Shown here: positions 29,889 through 39,958 of the stretch, one piece after another | How the letters are laid out: each line of letters opens with the position of its first letter | Numbering within the stretch: the stretch's first letter is position 1 | Source of the DNA: a virus | DNA: 64,000 bases | Strand: one strand, 5' to 3' | Virus record (IMG/VR): IMGVR_UViG_3300043409_002481 | Span: 11,700-75,699 of that record | Notes under the pieces: generated by a model | Seen by the model: only the letters and a program-made list of their open reading frames with translations | The model's database searches: none | What the model was told of the DNA's origin: nothing | Position numbers and translations under genes: made by a program

Positions 29889-30851
29889 ATGTCAACACAT
29901 CTTTTGTTGAATGAGCGCCCTTTACAGGTTTTGCCGACGCTAGCAGCGATATTTGGGATTAATGAAGCGATCGCAATTCAACAAATTCACTGGGTTATTA
30001 CGATCAAGCATGAACACCAAGACGATAAAACTTTTTACGAAGATTTTATGTGGTGTAAATACACATTAGTTCAATGGGGCGAAAAAATGCCTTGGCTTTC
30101 AGGCTCTAGTATTTTCCGACTTTTCAAAAAGCTTGAAAATGAAGGAATTGTGAAGACCGTTCAACCCTATGCATCAAGCAGAGATCAGACGAAATGGTAC
30201 AGGATCGATTATGACGTTTTGCATGTCAGATCGAAAACTGCATCTAGTCAATTTGACGATCTCCCATCTAGTCAAAATGACCAAATCAGATCTAGTCAAA
30301 ATGACTACATGATCAATAGATCTAAAGATCTTAAAAATTTAAATAAAAAACAGAGTTTGCAAGATCAGAAAAAATTACCACCTGAACAAAAAACAGATCC
30401 CCTCTTGGATCTAGGTAAACCTGAATCCGAGGATCTTGAGAAGACCCCCCCCATAGCCCCCCCCGCCGTGCCGCGAAATTATGCTCAAGAGATGAGCGAT
30501 CGCTTTAACAACAAAACAAATCGATTTGCTCCTAAAGGTTTAGACTTGCAGGGTTTTGCTAATTGGCACTTAGGCGGTAAGCGCAATAACTGGCATCTAG
30601 ATTTGATTGCGATCGCCAAAGCTCATTTAAAGAAGCATGAAAAGCCTTTTGGTGATGGCGACGCGATTAATTTTATTAACGGTATTTGCATGAAAGAAGA
30701 TTGGGCAAAATTCGAGCTTTTTGCGGATGAAGCTAAAGTCCATCAGCAAAAGTCCCAAGCTCAAACACAGCGATCGCCCGCACCAATACCGCAAGAATTA
30801 ACCGCAACAGCACCCCCCGCACACATTAGAGAGAGATTTAAGACAGCATGA
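29889..30851 (+). CDS. Phage replication initiator (lambda O/DnaD-like wHTH)
   Basis: LLLNERPLQVLPTLA..FGINEAIAIQQIHW...DQTKWYRIDY; internal iterons; followed by DnaB. Confidence 0.85.
   Translation: MSTHLLLNERPLQVLPTLAAIFGINEAIAIQQIHWVITIKHEHQDDKTFYEDFMWCKYTLVQWGEKMPWLSGSSIFRLFKKLENEGIVKTVQPYASSRDQTKWYRIDYDVLHVRSKTASSQFDDLPSSQNDQIRSSQNDYMINRSKDLKNLNKKQSLQDQKKLPPEQKTDPLLDLGKPESEDLEKTPPIAPPAVPRNYAQEMSDRFNNKTNRFAPKGLDLQGFANWHLGGKRNNWHLDLIAIAKAHLKKHEKPFGDGDAINFINGICMKEDWAKFELFADEAKVHQQKSQAQTQRSPAPIPQELTATAPPAHIRERFKTA
30242..30350 (+). repeat. Putative replication origin: 3 iterons (24-bp period) plus AT-rich tract
   Basis: ATCTAGTCAA(TT/AA)TGAC at 30242, 30266 and 30290, followed by ttaaaaatttaaataaaaaa. 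Confidence 0.75.
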
Positions 30852-32203
30852 ACGATTTAAGCACGCCCGATCTGCTATGTTCTAACGTTTCAGAAATCAA
30901 CGTGGTTGCCACTTTTTTGCAGAGTGGAGACTGGTTACCCCCCCTCACCGCTATACTCACACCTGAAATGTTTTTCAACCACCTTCACGGCGCTATTTTT
31001 GGCATGGCTTTGAAATTGCATCAACAAGGTTGTCAAATAACACCCGAAATCGTCGCTCAAGAGTTGGAAACCAAAAGCCAAATGGCAGGGGCAGGTATTT
31101 TTGATTATCGCGGCAAAATTTATGAGATCATGGAGAGCACGTTTCCAACACCTAGCTGTTTGGAGTATGCCCATTTAATCCGAGATAAATATAAATCTCG
31201 CAAGTATCGCGATTTCTGCAAACAATCGGCTGGACTATTTCAAGAATTGCCAATTGATGAAGCTAAAGAAAAGTTTGAGTCTGGACTTGTAGAGCTATCA
31301 AAAATCAGCTCTAGTGATCATACAGTCCCTCTCTCTAAGCCGATGGCTGATGTGTTTACTGATTTAATGGAAGTCTACGATCGTAAGCAAGCGGGATTAA
31401 TGCATGAAGTACTTTTGCCTACTGGTATTAGAGACTTTGACGCTTTGATCGGTGGTGGAATTGGTGAGGAACAATTCATTACAATCCTTGCTGATACAGG
31501 GATCGGCAAAACTACCGTACTCAGAAAAATCATCAAAACGGCTGCTTCTTTGGGAGTTCCTACCCTTGAGTTCAGTATTGAAATGAGCGCAGAAAGCATG
31601 TCTCAAAAGATTTACTCAGACTTGGCTCAAATCCCTACAACAGCTTTACGAAATGGCGCGATCCGTGATGACCAATGGGAAAAACTAGCACAAGTTAGAG
31701 AATCTTATATTGATCTTCCTTCGCTGATTAATGATCAAGTTCGCAACATCGAAGATATAATCTCTATCTCAAGAAATTATTATGCTAAGTATGGAAAGAT
31801 TGGCATCATTGCAATCGATTATTTACAGCTAATCGAATCGACTAGGAAGGAATTACAGTATGACGATCGCCGTCGCTTTGTCTATGCTTGCAACGAATTG
31901 AATGCACTCAAGAAAGAGCTAAAAACTCGCATCATTTTACTATCGCAGATTGGGCGCAACGTAAAAGATAGATCCGATAAACGCCCGACTCTTCACGATG
32001 CTGCTGAGTCTGGAAGGATTGAGCAAACGAGCGACATTTTGATATCCGCTTACCGCGATGAACATTACAACATAGATACTACTGATCGAGGAATCATGGA
32101 GATATCCGTACTGAAGGGGCGATCGGTTCCTAGAGGGACAGTCAAGGTTTTATTTGATGGTCAATACTCAACTATTCAGGATCTAAAATATGGATCTTTC
32201 TAA
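30848..32203 (+). CDS. dnaB: Replicative DNA helicase
   Basis: ADTGIGKT Walker A, FSIEMS, IAIDYLQLI, LSQIGR, RPTLHDAAESGRIEQTSD. Confidence 0.93.
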   Translation: MNDLSTPDLLCSNVSEINVVATFLQSGDWLPPLTAILTPEMFFNHLHGAIFGMALKLHQQGCQITPEIVAQELETKSQMAGAGIFDYRGKIYEIMESTFPTPSCLEYAHLIRDKYKSRKYRDFCKQSAGLFQELPIDEAKEKFESGLVELSKISSSDHTVPLSKPMADVFTDLMEVYDRKQAGLMHEVLLPTGIRDFDALIGGGIGEEQFITILADTGIGKTTVLRKIIKTAASLGVPTLEFSIEMSAESMSQKIYSDLAQIPTTALRNGAIRDDQWEKLAQVRESYIDLPSLINDQVRNIEDIISISRNYYAKYGKIGIIAIDYLQLIESTRKELQYDDRRRFVYACNELNALKKELKTRIILLSQIGRNVKDRSDKRPTLHDAAESGRIEQTSDILISAYRDEHYNIDTTDRGIMEISVLKGRSVPRGTVKVLFDGQYSTIQDLKYGSF

Positions 32204-32633
32204 ATTTGAATCTGATTTTTCTCCATACATCACCACCAAACAGACAGAATTGGAACTGATCGCCGCATACGTCGGTAAAGATGAAGCCCAAAACATCTTG
32301 ATAACAGCACTGCAGGAAATAGGCGAAATCTCTCCCCCTGTGGTTACTACAACCGCAATGATTAAAGATCCTTACGACTATATTTTATTAGCTGGAAAGC
32401 TAGTAGAAAAGCGTAAAACTTTAGTAAATCAGCGCAAAGAATTAGACAACGAACTCAAACAAAATCTATCTCTACTGGAAAAGAAATTAGGCGAAATCCC
32501 AGTAAGCGATCGCCTTGCTGCTTGGCTCTCTAAGTTCAAATTGCGAACTGGTTCAGAAGTTCAGACTGTTTCCCAAATTGCCGATATCGCCACGATTGAA
32601 AAATTAATTAGCTCTTTAAAATCTTTATTATGA
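32190..32633 (+). CDS. Hypothetical protein
   Basis: Coupled to dnaB. Confidence 0.6.
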   Translation: MDLSKFESDFSPYITTKQTELELIAAYVGKDEAQNILITALQEIGEISPPVVTTTAMIKDPYDYILLAGKLVEKRKTLVNQRKELDNELKQNLSLLEKKLGEIPVSDRLAAWLSKFKLRTGSEVQTVSQIADIATIEKLISSLKSLL

Positions 32634-33763
32634 AACCATCCCTACCCATCTGCATCCCCTCGCTCCCATCACCTGACACCAGCCCCGAAATATGGCGACA
32701 AGTTGCGCCGATCCTAAGTGCGATCGCAGAACGTGAACGCAATGATGAGAACCTATACCCATATGAAAAGATTGCATATAGTGCGCTTTCCTTTGCTACT
32801 TGGAACGCAAATAAAAAGCAATGGAGGACTTTGTGGCAATACCTACTAGATCGGCAAATTGTGCAGATTGGCATGATCGCAACGCCACCGCCAAAACCAA
32901 AAAGCGATCGCCCAAAGACAAAGCCGCCTAAGAATGTTGCGGCAACGCCAAAACCAAAGGCAACTACGAAGAAAAAGCCACGTAAACGGGTACGCAATCG
33001 CAAAAGATTATCTGATCGCAAATCACCAACGTACCTATATGTTTTTGCGTGTTTAAAGCCTTGTCTAAGTGGTTTGCAATTAATCCTGAATCTATACAGC
33101 TTTTTTGCCTACAGTGCCCCGTTATGCCCAAGGCAAAAACCACCGATCGCAATTCGTCCTGATGGTCAACGCATTAAAGCTTTGCTTGCATATAAAACGA
33201 GCAGCGGCGAATATGCGAGTCTAAAAGTGTATCTCCCATCGCTCAAAAAGCGGTACAGAATGAACTCTGATGTTTTGCGTCTTTTACTAGATTGGAGTAA
33301 TCCAATGAGAACTCGCACCAGAAAAAAGGTTGAATCTGACAAAAAGAAGGGAGTCGCTAAGCGGATTATCTCGACTGAGCAGATTAACCAAGTGCTAACA
33401 GACAAATGGCAAGATGCTGTAACTATCTCTTTTAAGTTAAACGAGCTGTTAGGCGAGAATATTGAGTTAAGGAGGTTATCGAAGCTACTCTACAATCGCT
33501 CCGTAGCAGGTGAGATCTATCGCTACAATCGCGATCACCATGAGATTTCATATTTCTCGAAGGTACAAGCTACTGAGTTTGAGAACGAGTGGATGACCTT
33601 AGAGATGGCTTATCAGCTTGCAGTATCTAGAGGCTGCCCATTTGCTAGACATACATTCAGGAAAACCCATAGATTCGATTACAGCGCTTATGGGTTAGAG
33701 TTTCGCAAAGTCGCCCCTGATAACGAGTGCAGTCTATTACGGTATCGCGATATCCAGCTATAG
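32630..33763 (+). CDS. Hypothetical basic protein
   Basis: 377 aa with a Pro/Lys-rich linker. Confidence 0.55.
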   Translation: MKPSLPICIPSLPSPDTSPEIWRQVAPILSAIAERERNDENLYPYEKIAYSALSFATWNANKKQWRTLWQYLLDRQIVQIGMIATPPPKPKSDRPKTKPPKNVAATPKPKATTKKKPRKRVRNRKRLSDRKSPTYLYVFACLKPCLSGLQLILNLYSFFAYSAPLCPRQKPPIAIRPDGQRIKALLAYKTSSGEYASLKVYLPSLKKRYRMNSDVLRLLLDWSNPMRTRTRKKVESDKKKGVAKRIISTEQINQVLTDKWQDAVTISFKLNELLGENIELRRLSKLLYNRSVAGEIYRYNRDHHEISYFSKVQATEFENEWMTLEMAYQLAVSRGCPFARHTFRKTHRFDYSAYGLEFRKVAPDNECSLLRYRDIQL

Positions 33764-33898
33764 ATTCAAGTCTATGCTTTGCGGGTTTATTGCGGTAGAT
33801 AACTATGATTAGGGTATTGTATGTTTGTATTGTTTGTACTATTGTGTAAACAGTTGAGAGATTAACGAGTAAATAAGTAAATCAAGGGAGTAAATATT

Positions 33899-34141
33899 AT
33901 GGCTGTTTGGAACTCACTAAAAAATACTGTTGACGAAGCTTTGAGCTTGCCAGAAGGTGGCTTTGCTGCTGACTTTGGCTTCCTTGTAGAGCAATCAGTA
34001 AGCCCTGACATGGTACTTGAAGTTGTGACCGAATTAAAAGAAAAACAAATTGATGTCACGGTTGCAAGCCAATCAGGAATTTTGGTCAAGGCTAAAGAAA
34101 AAGGGTTGCTTGAGAATTGGGCGGCACTAGTTCTGCTTTAA
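33899..34141 (+). CDS. Hypothetical protein
   Basis: GGGAG RBS. Confidence 0.55.
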   Translation: MAVWNSLKNTVDEALSLPEGGFAADFGFLVEQSVSPDMVLEVVTELKEKQIDVTVASQSGILVKAKEKGLLENWAALVLL

Positions 34142-34460
34142 AGCTCCCCTTCTCTCACTAAGAAGTATCACCTGCGGTCAAGTTGTGAGCGCGATCGCGT
34201 CTAAAAAGATACGTAGACACGTATTGGTAATATATCCCCTTCCCCTACTGGAAGCCACATCACGCGATCAAGGGTAGGCGCGATCGCATTATTAAATTAT
34301 TTGGAGAGAGTATGCAATTTCTAACTATTTTTGCAGTTTATATAGGTTGCTATTTGGTATCAGTTGGATGGAATTGGGCATTGATAGCGAGTGGAATATT
34401 CTTTTTAGCTGTCTTATTTGATTGGCTAAAAGATTACGCGAATGCAAACTGGTAAATACA

Positions 34461-34733
34461 ATGATTGCAGAATACCTCACAATCTCAGACTTCCGTAAAG
34501 CCCCTACCCGCCTATGTCGCCCCGTGGCGGCTGGTAAAAAAGAGTATATCGTGACCTCTAACGAGTTGCCTATATTCACGGTTGTTAAAGTTAAACCCAA
34601 TACTCAGGACAAACAGATCGGAGTTGACGCAATGCGAAAAAGCTTATTTGATTTCCAGAATCTATTGGAAGAATATGGAGCTGTAACTCTGACGGCGTAT
34701 GGCAAACCACTTGCAAGGTGTGTGAAATTATGA
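34461..34733 (+). CDS. Tandem Phd/YefM-like domain protein
   Basis: LTISDFRKAPTRL...YIVTSNELP and IGVDAMRKSL...VTLTAYGKPLA both match the Phd DNA-binding pattern. Confidence 0.55.
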   Translation: MIAEYLTISDFRKAPTRLCRPVAAGKKEYIVTSNELPIFTVVKVKPNTQDKQIGVDAMRKSLFDFQNLLEEYGAVTLTAYGKPLARCVKL

Positions 34734-35282
34734 AACCAGAAATCAGACAAGACGCGATCACAGGTACAGAGCAAGCCATTGATAAGATCGTAGAATCGGT
34801 ACGCGATCGCATGGCAGATCACGCAATTGGTAAAACTGTAGTTGATTGCCAAATTAATCAGGACTTGGCTGCGTATCGGATGCTGAAGGAAGAATGGAAG
34901 GAGTTGAAGGGATTATGAGTAAAATTATCGACAAAATCGCAACCACCATGCAAACCTCGCACGATTGCAGCCAGTGCGCTCTTCGCAACTCATGCGATCG
35001 CACTCCGTTAGAGAATGCATGGCGCGATCAAAATAAACGCTGTAGTTTGTGGAAGGTGTGGAATGGATAAGCGATCGTTTTTTGTGAAAGTAGCAGGATT
35101 TGAGGACGCTTTAATATTTGCGGAAACACATGGCAAAGCAAAACTTCAAGTAGCTAGAACATTGAAAGAATGTGGTTACGCAGTTTCTGTTAAAGATGGG
35201 TTTAGTCAGATTAATTCTTGCAAACTCTCTACAGCTGAAACGATGGCAGAATACATGAAAGCCCATACTTGGAGCTAAAAGC

Positions 35283-35456
35283 ATGAGTAACTTATCGCCC
35301 GAAAAAGAATTCACTCACATGATGTTTTGCCAACAAATCCAAAACATCGATCTAGATGCAGCTAAGCAGCTACTCACTGAGCTACATTTGCTGTATTTGG
35401 GGCAGCAAGCAGTATTTGCGAAGATTGCGAAAAATGAGTTTTTAGGAGGTATTTGA
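35283..35456 (+). CDS. nblA: NblA-like phycobilisome degradation protein (not in ORF track)
   Basis: Hand-translated MSNLSPEKEFTHMMFCQQIQNIDLDAAKQLLTELHLLYLGQQAVFAKIAKNEFLGGI; fits the NblA pattern LSxEqeF...F..Q.Q.m..eqak..L..Ly. Confidence 0.75.
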   Translation: MSNLSPEKEFTHMMFCQQIQNIDLDAAKQLLTELHLLYLGQQAVFAKIAKNEFLGGI

Positions 35457-36013
35457 TTGTGATCACTTTACAGCCTAATCTATTCTCAATGTCTTTAGTC
35501 GTTACTGAAGAAGACAAAGACAACGATGAGAACTATACACCAGACCGAATCGTAAAACCATTCCGCGACTTGGTTGGAGGTTTCCACCTTGACGCTTTTT
35601 CATGCGCTAGAGCTAACGAAATCATCCAAGCTAAACTTTATTTTACAAAAGCCGATGATGCATTTAGTCAGGATTTAACGGAGTTCTACAACAAGTGGTT
35701 TAATCCACCGTATTCAAAGGGCAACATTGACAGGGCTGTAGAGTTAGTTTTGAGCTATGCCCATATTGGGAATAGCTTTTTATTGGTCAACTCAAATACC
35801 TCTAGCAATTGGTTTATAGACGCTCAAAAATATTGTGTATGCCAACTAACTTTTGATCAAAGAATTGAGTTCACAAACCCTAAAAATGATGGGACTAAAA
35901 AAGATTCTGGCAACACCAAAGGGCAGACATTATTTTACCTTGGAGTGGACTACACACCCAAGCAAATCAAGGCTTGCTGTAAGCATCTTGGCAATGTATC
36001 GGTAACTATTTAG
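35453..36013 (+). CDS. Phage N6-adenine DNA methyltransferase
   Basis: YTP, LDAFS, WFNPPYS, RIEF motifs of phage Dam-like MTases. Confidence 0.8.
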   Translation: MIVITLQPNLFSMSLVVTEEDKDNDENYTPDRIVKPFRDLVGGFHLDAFSCARANEIIQAKLYFTKADDAFSQDLTEFYNKWFNPPYSKGNIDRAVELVLSYAHIGNSFLLVNSNTSSNWFIDAQKYCVCQLTFDQRIEFTNPKNDGTKKDSGNTKGQTLFYLGVDYTPKQIKACCKHLGNVSVTI

Positions 36014-36292
36014 GATCAAAAATGTCAACAACTACACTAATAATAATCATCTTTACGATCGCTCTTTCTCTAGCGAGTCTAGCAATTTCGCTATTCTCAA
36101 TTATTTATTCTTTGAGGATCAAAAAATGAAATACTACAAAGCAACTACTGGCGAATATTACTCCGCCAAAAATATCCTAGATGCATTGGCAGCAGCTAGA
36201 CACAAACATCCAAACACGACTCCATCCCTGAAGCTAATTGACAGAGGCGAAATCCCCTCAGACGCAAAAATAATCGAGACTGGCGAAATAAT

Positions 36293-37021
36293 CTAGCAAG
36301 CCAACAGCATTAATGGTGACGCATTGTACACAGGCGCAGCTAGCGATCGCTTGGGGTAAACCAAAGGATTATGTACTAACCCTGAATAGCCCTGCACAAA
36401 TGAAACAGAGCCGTTTTCTGTCCAGTTATACCCATTGCCCGAATAATCCTTGCTCCTTTGGGCATCGGATGGTGATGGCATGTAGCGGACTAGATTTGCT
36501 GTACGCTGTGGAGTTGATCTCCACATCTGATTGAGTATTTCCGTATTTGTAAGCGCGGCTGAATATTGATAGAGCTGATCTATATTGCCATCCAATTCAT
36601 AGGGGAACGCAGCATTTAAAGCTCCTACAATATTTTTCCCTACAGCAGCCCGACCAGTGATATTAGTGCTATTAGTGGCTACAGATACGCCATTTTCGTA
36701 AACGATTAAGGCAGTTGCAGACTCTCTAACCACTGCCACATGTACCCACACACCAAAGCCAGAAGTGAATGAGGGTTGAATATTATTAGATCCTGCGATC
36801 CCTACATCAATATAGAAATTAGTTGAACTAATCAGAGCAACGTAATCGTAATTATTTAGACTGCCTGTGTCGTTACCGTCTGTTATGCCAAAAAATGACA
36901 AAGCCGCGTCTGGTTGGCTATTGATAAAAAACCATGCCATCAGCGTATATGGCAGGTTGTAATCAATCAGATTCGTTGTTACTTGGAGGTCTTCGCCAGA
37001 AGCGTTTAATAATACAGCCAT
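36293..37021 (-). CDS. LamG/ConA-like lectin domain virion protein
   Basis: YTLMAWF...WVHVAVV...VYENGV...GNIDQLYQYSAALT. Confidence 0.75.
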   Translation of the reverse strand: MAVLLNASGEDLQVTTNLIDYNLPYTLMAWFFINSQPDAALSFFGITDGNDTGSLNNYDYVALISSTNFYIDVGIAGSNNIQPSFTSGFGVWVHVAVVRESATALIVYENGVSVATNSTNITGRAAVGKNIVGALNAAFPYELDGNIDQLYQYSAALTNTEILNQMWRSTPQRTANLVRYMPSPSDAQRSKDYSGNGYNWTENGSVSFVQGYSGLVHNPLVYPKRSLAAPVYNASPLMLLAC

Positions 37022-37027
37022 GATTCT

Positions 37028-37519
37028 TTAGCTCGCGTCATAAATTCCAGCCGATAGCAAAGCAACCGTAGCAGCTACATTTGACCCCACACTGATATCT
37101 CGATCTAGGCGGAAAATCACGTATTCCCCTGCTGCAACAGAGTCTCTATTGGTTAGGGTGATAGATATCTCTTTCGGATTGAAGGTAGTCCCTGCAACCG
37201 CTATAGAGCCGCTTGAGTTAGCAGTGTCAAAACTATTACTCGTATCGATATTGATTGCCTCCAAGGAGGCGATCGCCTCAACTTGTACCCGAAATTGCAT
37301 ATTACCAGTTGTAGCTGAACAGGCTGTGAGAGCTTTAAAAGTTAAATCGCCTGTGAATAATGGCATCGGCATACAGGCAGAGCGAAGAACCTCTGATACG
37401 CTCTGTCTAAAACCCCATGCACTACGTTCAGCGCCGCCTGTTGCGGTTTTGATGTACACGGGAAAATTTGCGCCAAGTGGCAAGAAAATTTCATTTGGCA
37501 GTGGAAGGATAAGAGCCAT
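37028..37519 (-). CDS. Virion structural protein
   Basis: Beta-rich; located in the fibre operon. Confidence 0.55.
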   Translation of the reverse strand: MALILPLPNEIFLPLGANFPVYIKTATGGAERSAWGFRQSVSEVLRSACMPMPLFTGDLTFKALTACSATTGNMQFRVQVEAIASLEAINIDTSNSFDTANSSGSIAVAGTTFNPKEISITLTNRDSVAAGEYVIFRLDRDISVGSNVAATVALLSAGIYDAS

Positions 37520-38058
37520 TACAAAACCCTCCTCAGATTGTATTTTTTGAGTGAAGCGTTAACTGTTGTGCGGTCTTGAACGTTAAGACTAGCTGCTGTA
37601 GCTAAAGCTGCTAACGCAAAGTAAAAACCGTTATCATTAGCAGGGGCGCGAAGTTTAAATACTGAAGAAGAGCCTAATCCAGCTTTGCCAACTCCAAACA
37701 ATCTAAACCCAAGGCTAGGTTTTACATCTATTTGATCCATCAGTAGTCTGCCGATGCGATCGCGATTAGCGTTAGCAGTATCAAAATAATCAGCTAGGAA
37801 CGCTGTAGGATTGCCAACTGCATCTAAATCTAAGGCGACTACTACCCAAGTTTTTGTAGCTGTTTGCGCCTCTAGATCGATGACTGGTGTTCCCTCGTCT
37901 AATCTCTCTATATCAGGATCGATTGTTGGACGATCACTAATTATTTGAGGTAAATAATATCCATCAACAATCTCTGACCCCGACTCAAGTTTCACCCATT
38001 TCTCGAATGTGCGATCGGGTGTGAGGAGAGCATATATTCCTGTTGTTTCGATAATCAT
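37519..38058 (-). CDS. Tail-fibre-associated/assembly protein
   Basis: Likely start MIIETT; RPTIDPDIERL...KTWVV motif. Confidence 0.5.
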   Translation of the reverse strand: MIIETTGIYALLTPDRTFEKWVKLESGSEIVDGYYLPQIISDRPTIDPDIERLDEGTPVIDLEAQTATKTWVVVALDLDAVGNPTAFLADYFDTANANRDRIGRLLMDQIDVKPSLGFRLFGVGKAGLGSSSVFKLRAPANDNGFYFALAALATAASLNVQDRTTVNASLKKYNLRRVL

Positions 38059-38104
38059 ATTTTTTTGTCTAAAGGTTAGCCGCCTGACATGACGGCTTTG
38101 TTGA

Positions 38105-38425
38105 TTAAAGTTCAGAAGTAGGCACAAACATTGTTGTAATTTCTCCAGCCATCCGCACATCGTAATCGCCTGTGAGGTAGCGAACAAAATAATCGAGAGG
38201 CAAGACCAATCGAGGACTACCACTTAGCACAATAGAGAATACGCGGATGATATTCTCGCCTGTGGTTTCCACATCAAAAACTTCTTGAGTTTGAGTGTTG
38301 TACCAACGAGAACACTGATTATATAGAGTGGTTCCTAGGAATGTTTCGATCTCTGAGTAGTTTGAGCCTGTAAATTCCACGTAATCAACAAAGTGATCTC
38401 TATAACCAGCTCTTACAATTGCCAT
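38105..38425 (-). CDS. Hypothetical protein
   Basis: AGGAG RBS. Confidence 0.55.
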   Translation of the reverse strand: MAIVRAGYRDHFVDYVEFTGSNYSEIETFLGTTLYNQCSRWYNTQTQEVFDVETTGENIIRVFSIVLSGSPRLVLPLDYFVRYLTGDYDVRMAGEITTMFVPTSEL

Positions 38426-38482
38426 GAGTTTTTGCTCCTATAGTTTTTAGCGTTACACCCGCACTATTCGGGACTGAAAATC

Positions 38483-39385
38483 TTACCAAGATGCAATGCA
38501 AATATAGCCATCACCGCCTCGACCTCCAGCTCCACCAGTGACACCGCCACCGCCACCGCCACCACCTGAACCTAGTCCAGCCGATCCACCAGCACCACCA
38601 ACACCAGCCGCGCCATTAGAACCGCCGCCTGATCCCCCTGCTGTATAAAATGTGGGGAAAAACGAGGAATAGCCATCAATTCCAGCTCCACCACCAGCAA
38701 CACCGCCTGAGATTACAGGATAGATACCAGCCGCTGTAATATTTCCCCCTGCGTTATTTGTGTTTGCAGTGGGAGTACTTCCACCACCAGCGCCGCCGCA
38801 AGTAATACTAGTGGCGAATTGAGTAATACTGCCACCAGCAGCACCACCAACAGCACCACCAGCACCGCCGCTCATACCTGCAACTGAGGTAAAAATACCT
38901 AAAGCAATATATGCCGCTTGGGTTGCACCCGATACCGTCTCACCAGCACCAGCCGTACCAGCTACAGCTCCACCACCAGCTACAGCATTACCAGAAGCTA
39001 AAACTACATTATGACTAGCCGCCGCCGCCGCATTGGTTCGCAATATCAGCGATCGTTGCCCAGCCGTGCCTGCTCCGTTAGCTGCACCACCAGCTCCACC
39101 AGCACCAACTTGGATATACAAAAGATCGGGCAATAAAAAAGCTGGTATCAGTAATCGTGCCTGCCCACCTGCACCGCCGCCACCACCGCCTGTTCTACCA
39201 GTACCAGCCGCGCCCGTTGCACCACCAGCACCACCAGCACCAGAGCCGATCGCAAGCATATAAACAAACGTACAACCTTGAGGTTTTACCCAAGCCTGAA
39301 AAGTGGCGTTACCAGTGGCGAAAAACTCTTTAATTTCACCGCCAAAACCGCCTTGTCTTTGAGAAGTTTGGAATCCTGCAAACAT
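38483..39385 (-). CDS. Glycine-rich virion/fibre protein
   Basis: WVKPQG...IGSGAGG...GGRGGDGYICIASW Gly-rich domain. Confidence 0.75.
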   Translation of the reverse strand: MFAGFQTSQRQGGFGGEIKEFFATGNATFQAWVKPQGCTFVYMLAIGSGAGGAGGATGAAGTGRTGGGGGGAGGQARLLIPAFLLPDLLYIQVGAGGAGGAANGAGTAGQRSLILRTNAAAAASHNVVLASGNAVAGGGAVAGTAGAGETVSGATQAAYIALGIFTSVAGMSGGAGGAVGGAAGGSITQFATSITCGGAGGGSTPTANTNNAGGNITAAGIYPVISGGVAGGGAGIDGYSSFFPTFYTAGGSGGGSNGAAGVGGAGGSAGLGSGGGGGGGGVTGGAGGRGGDGYICIASW

Positions 39386-39825
39386 TACAAATCACCGCCC
39401 CATCCAGTAAAGTACCAACCCAAAGCCGCGCCAACGGTTGTACCTAAACAGACATTTATTTTGTAGCCGTTTGGGAGCATCTTAAATACGGGGAGTACGA
39501 ACTCTTGAATAGCTGCGTTTGCCGAACCTGTAGTAGCTTGCAGAGCTAACTCTGCAAAGAATGAATTATTGGCTGCCGTTGTGTTAGCTGAGCCATTATT
39601 AACAAAAAATCTAGCCACATTAGCAACGTTATTAGAGCCTGTATGACTAACAGGTTTTACGGTAATAGTTTGGACAAAACCGCCTTCAGCTTCTGCCCCG
39701 TTAGCTGTCCATATTGTTGCTACTGTACCCGTCCCATCGGTAGCTGTATTCGCCGCCGTATTGATGATCGACACCCATTGGACATTAGGTCTGCGACAAA
39801 AGATTGGTGATGTATTTGCTGCCAT
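39385..39825 (-). CDS. Virion structural protein
   Basis: MAANTSPIF...VARFFVNNG...GGDL, commonly paired with Gly-rich proteins. Confidence 0.65.
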   Translation of the reverse strand: MAANTSPIFCRRPNVQWVSIINTAANTATDGTGTVATIWTANGAEAEGGFVQTITVKPVSHTGSNNVANVARFFVNNGSANTTAANNSFFAELALQATTGSANAAIQEFVLPVFKMLPNGYKINVCLGTTVGAALGWYFTGWGGDL

Positions 39826-39893
39826 TTGGTTTGCCTTTGATATACTTGATTTGTATTTAATTAGTAATTCTAGAAAAAACTAGTTAAATGTCA

Positions 39894-39958
39894 GGTGTGC
39901 TAGCTCAAGGGAGCGTACTGGTGGACAGTAAGGTAGGTTCGATTCCTAATGCACATCA
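39894..39958 (+). ncRNA. Degenerate tRNA-like cloverleaf (pseudo-tRNA)
   Basis: GGTGTGC/GCACATC acceptor stem, TA-GCTC-AAGG-GAGC D arm, TACTG/CAGTA anticodon stem, TAGG-TTCGATT-CCTA T arm. Confidence 0.55.

Noticed and set aside
28561-33786. TCTATGCTTTGCGGG repeated at ~28561 and ~33771
   Set aside because: Only two short copies and no further support for a function.
38483-39385. CCACC/GCACC low-complexity repeats
   Set aside because: Explained by Gly/Ala codons of a glycine-rich virion protein.
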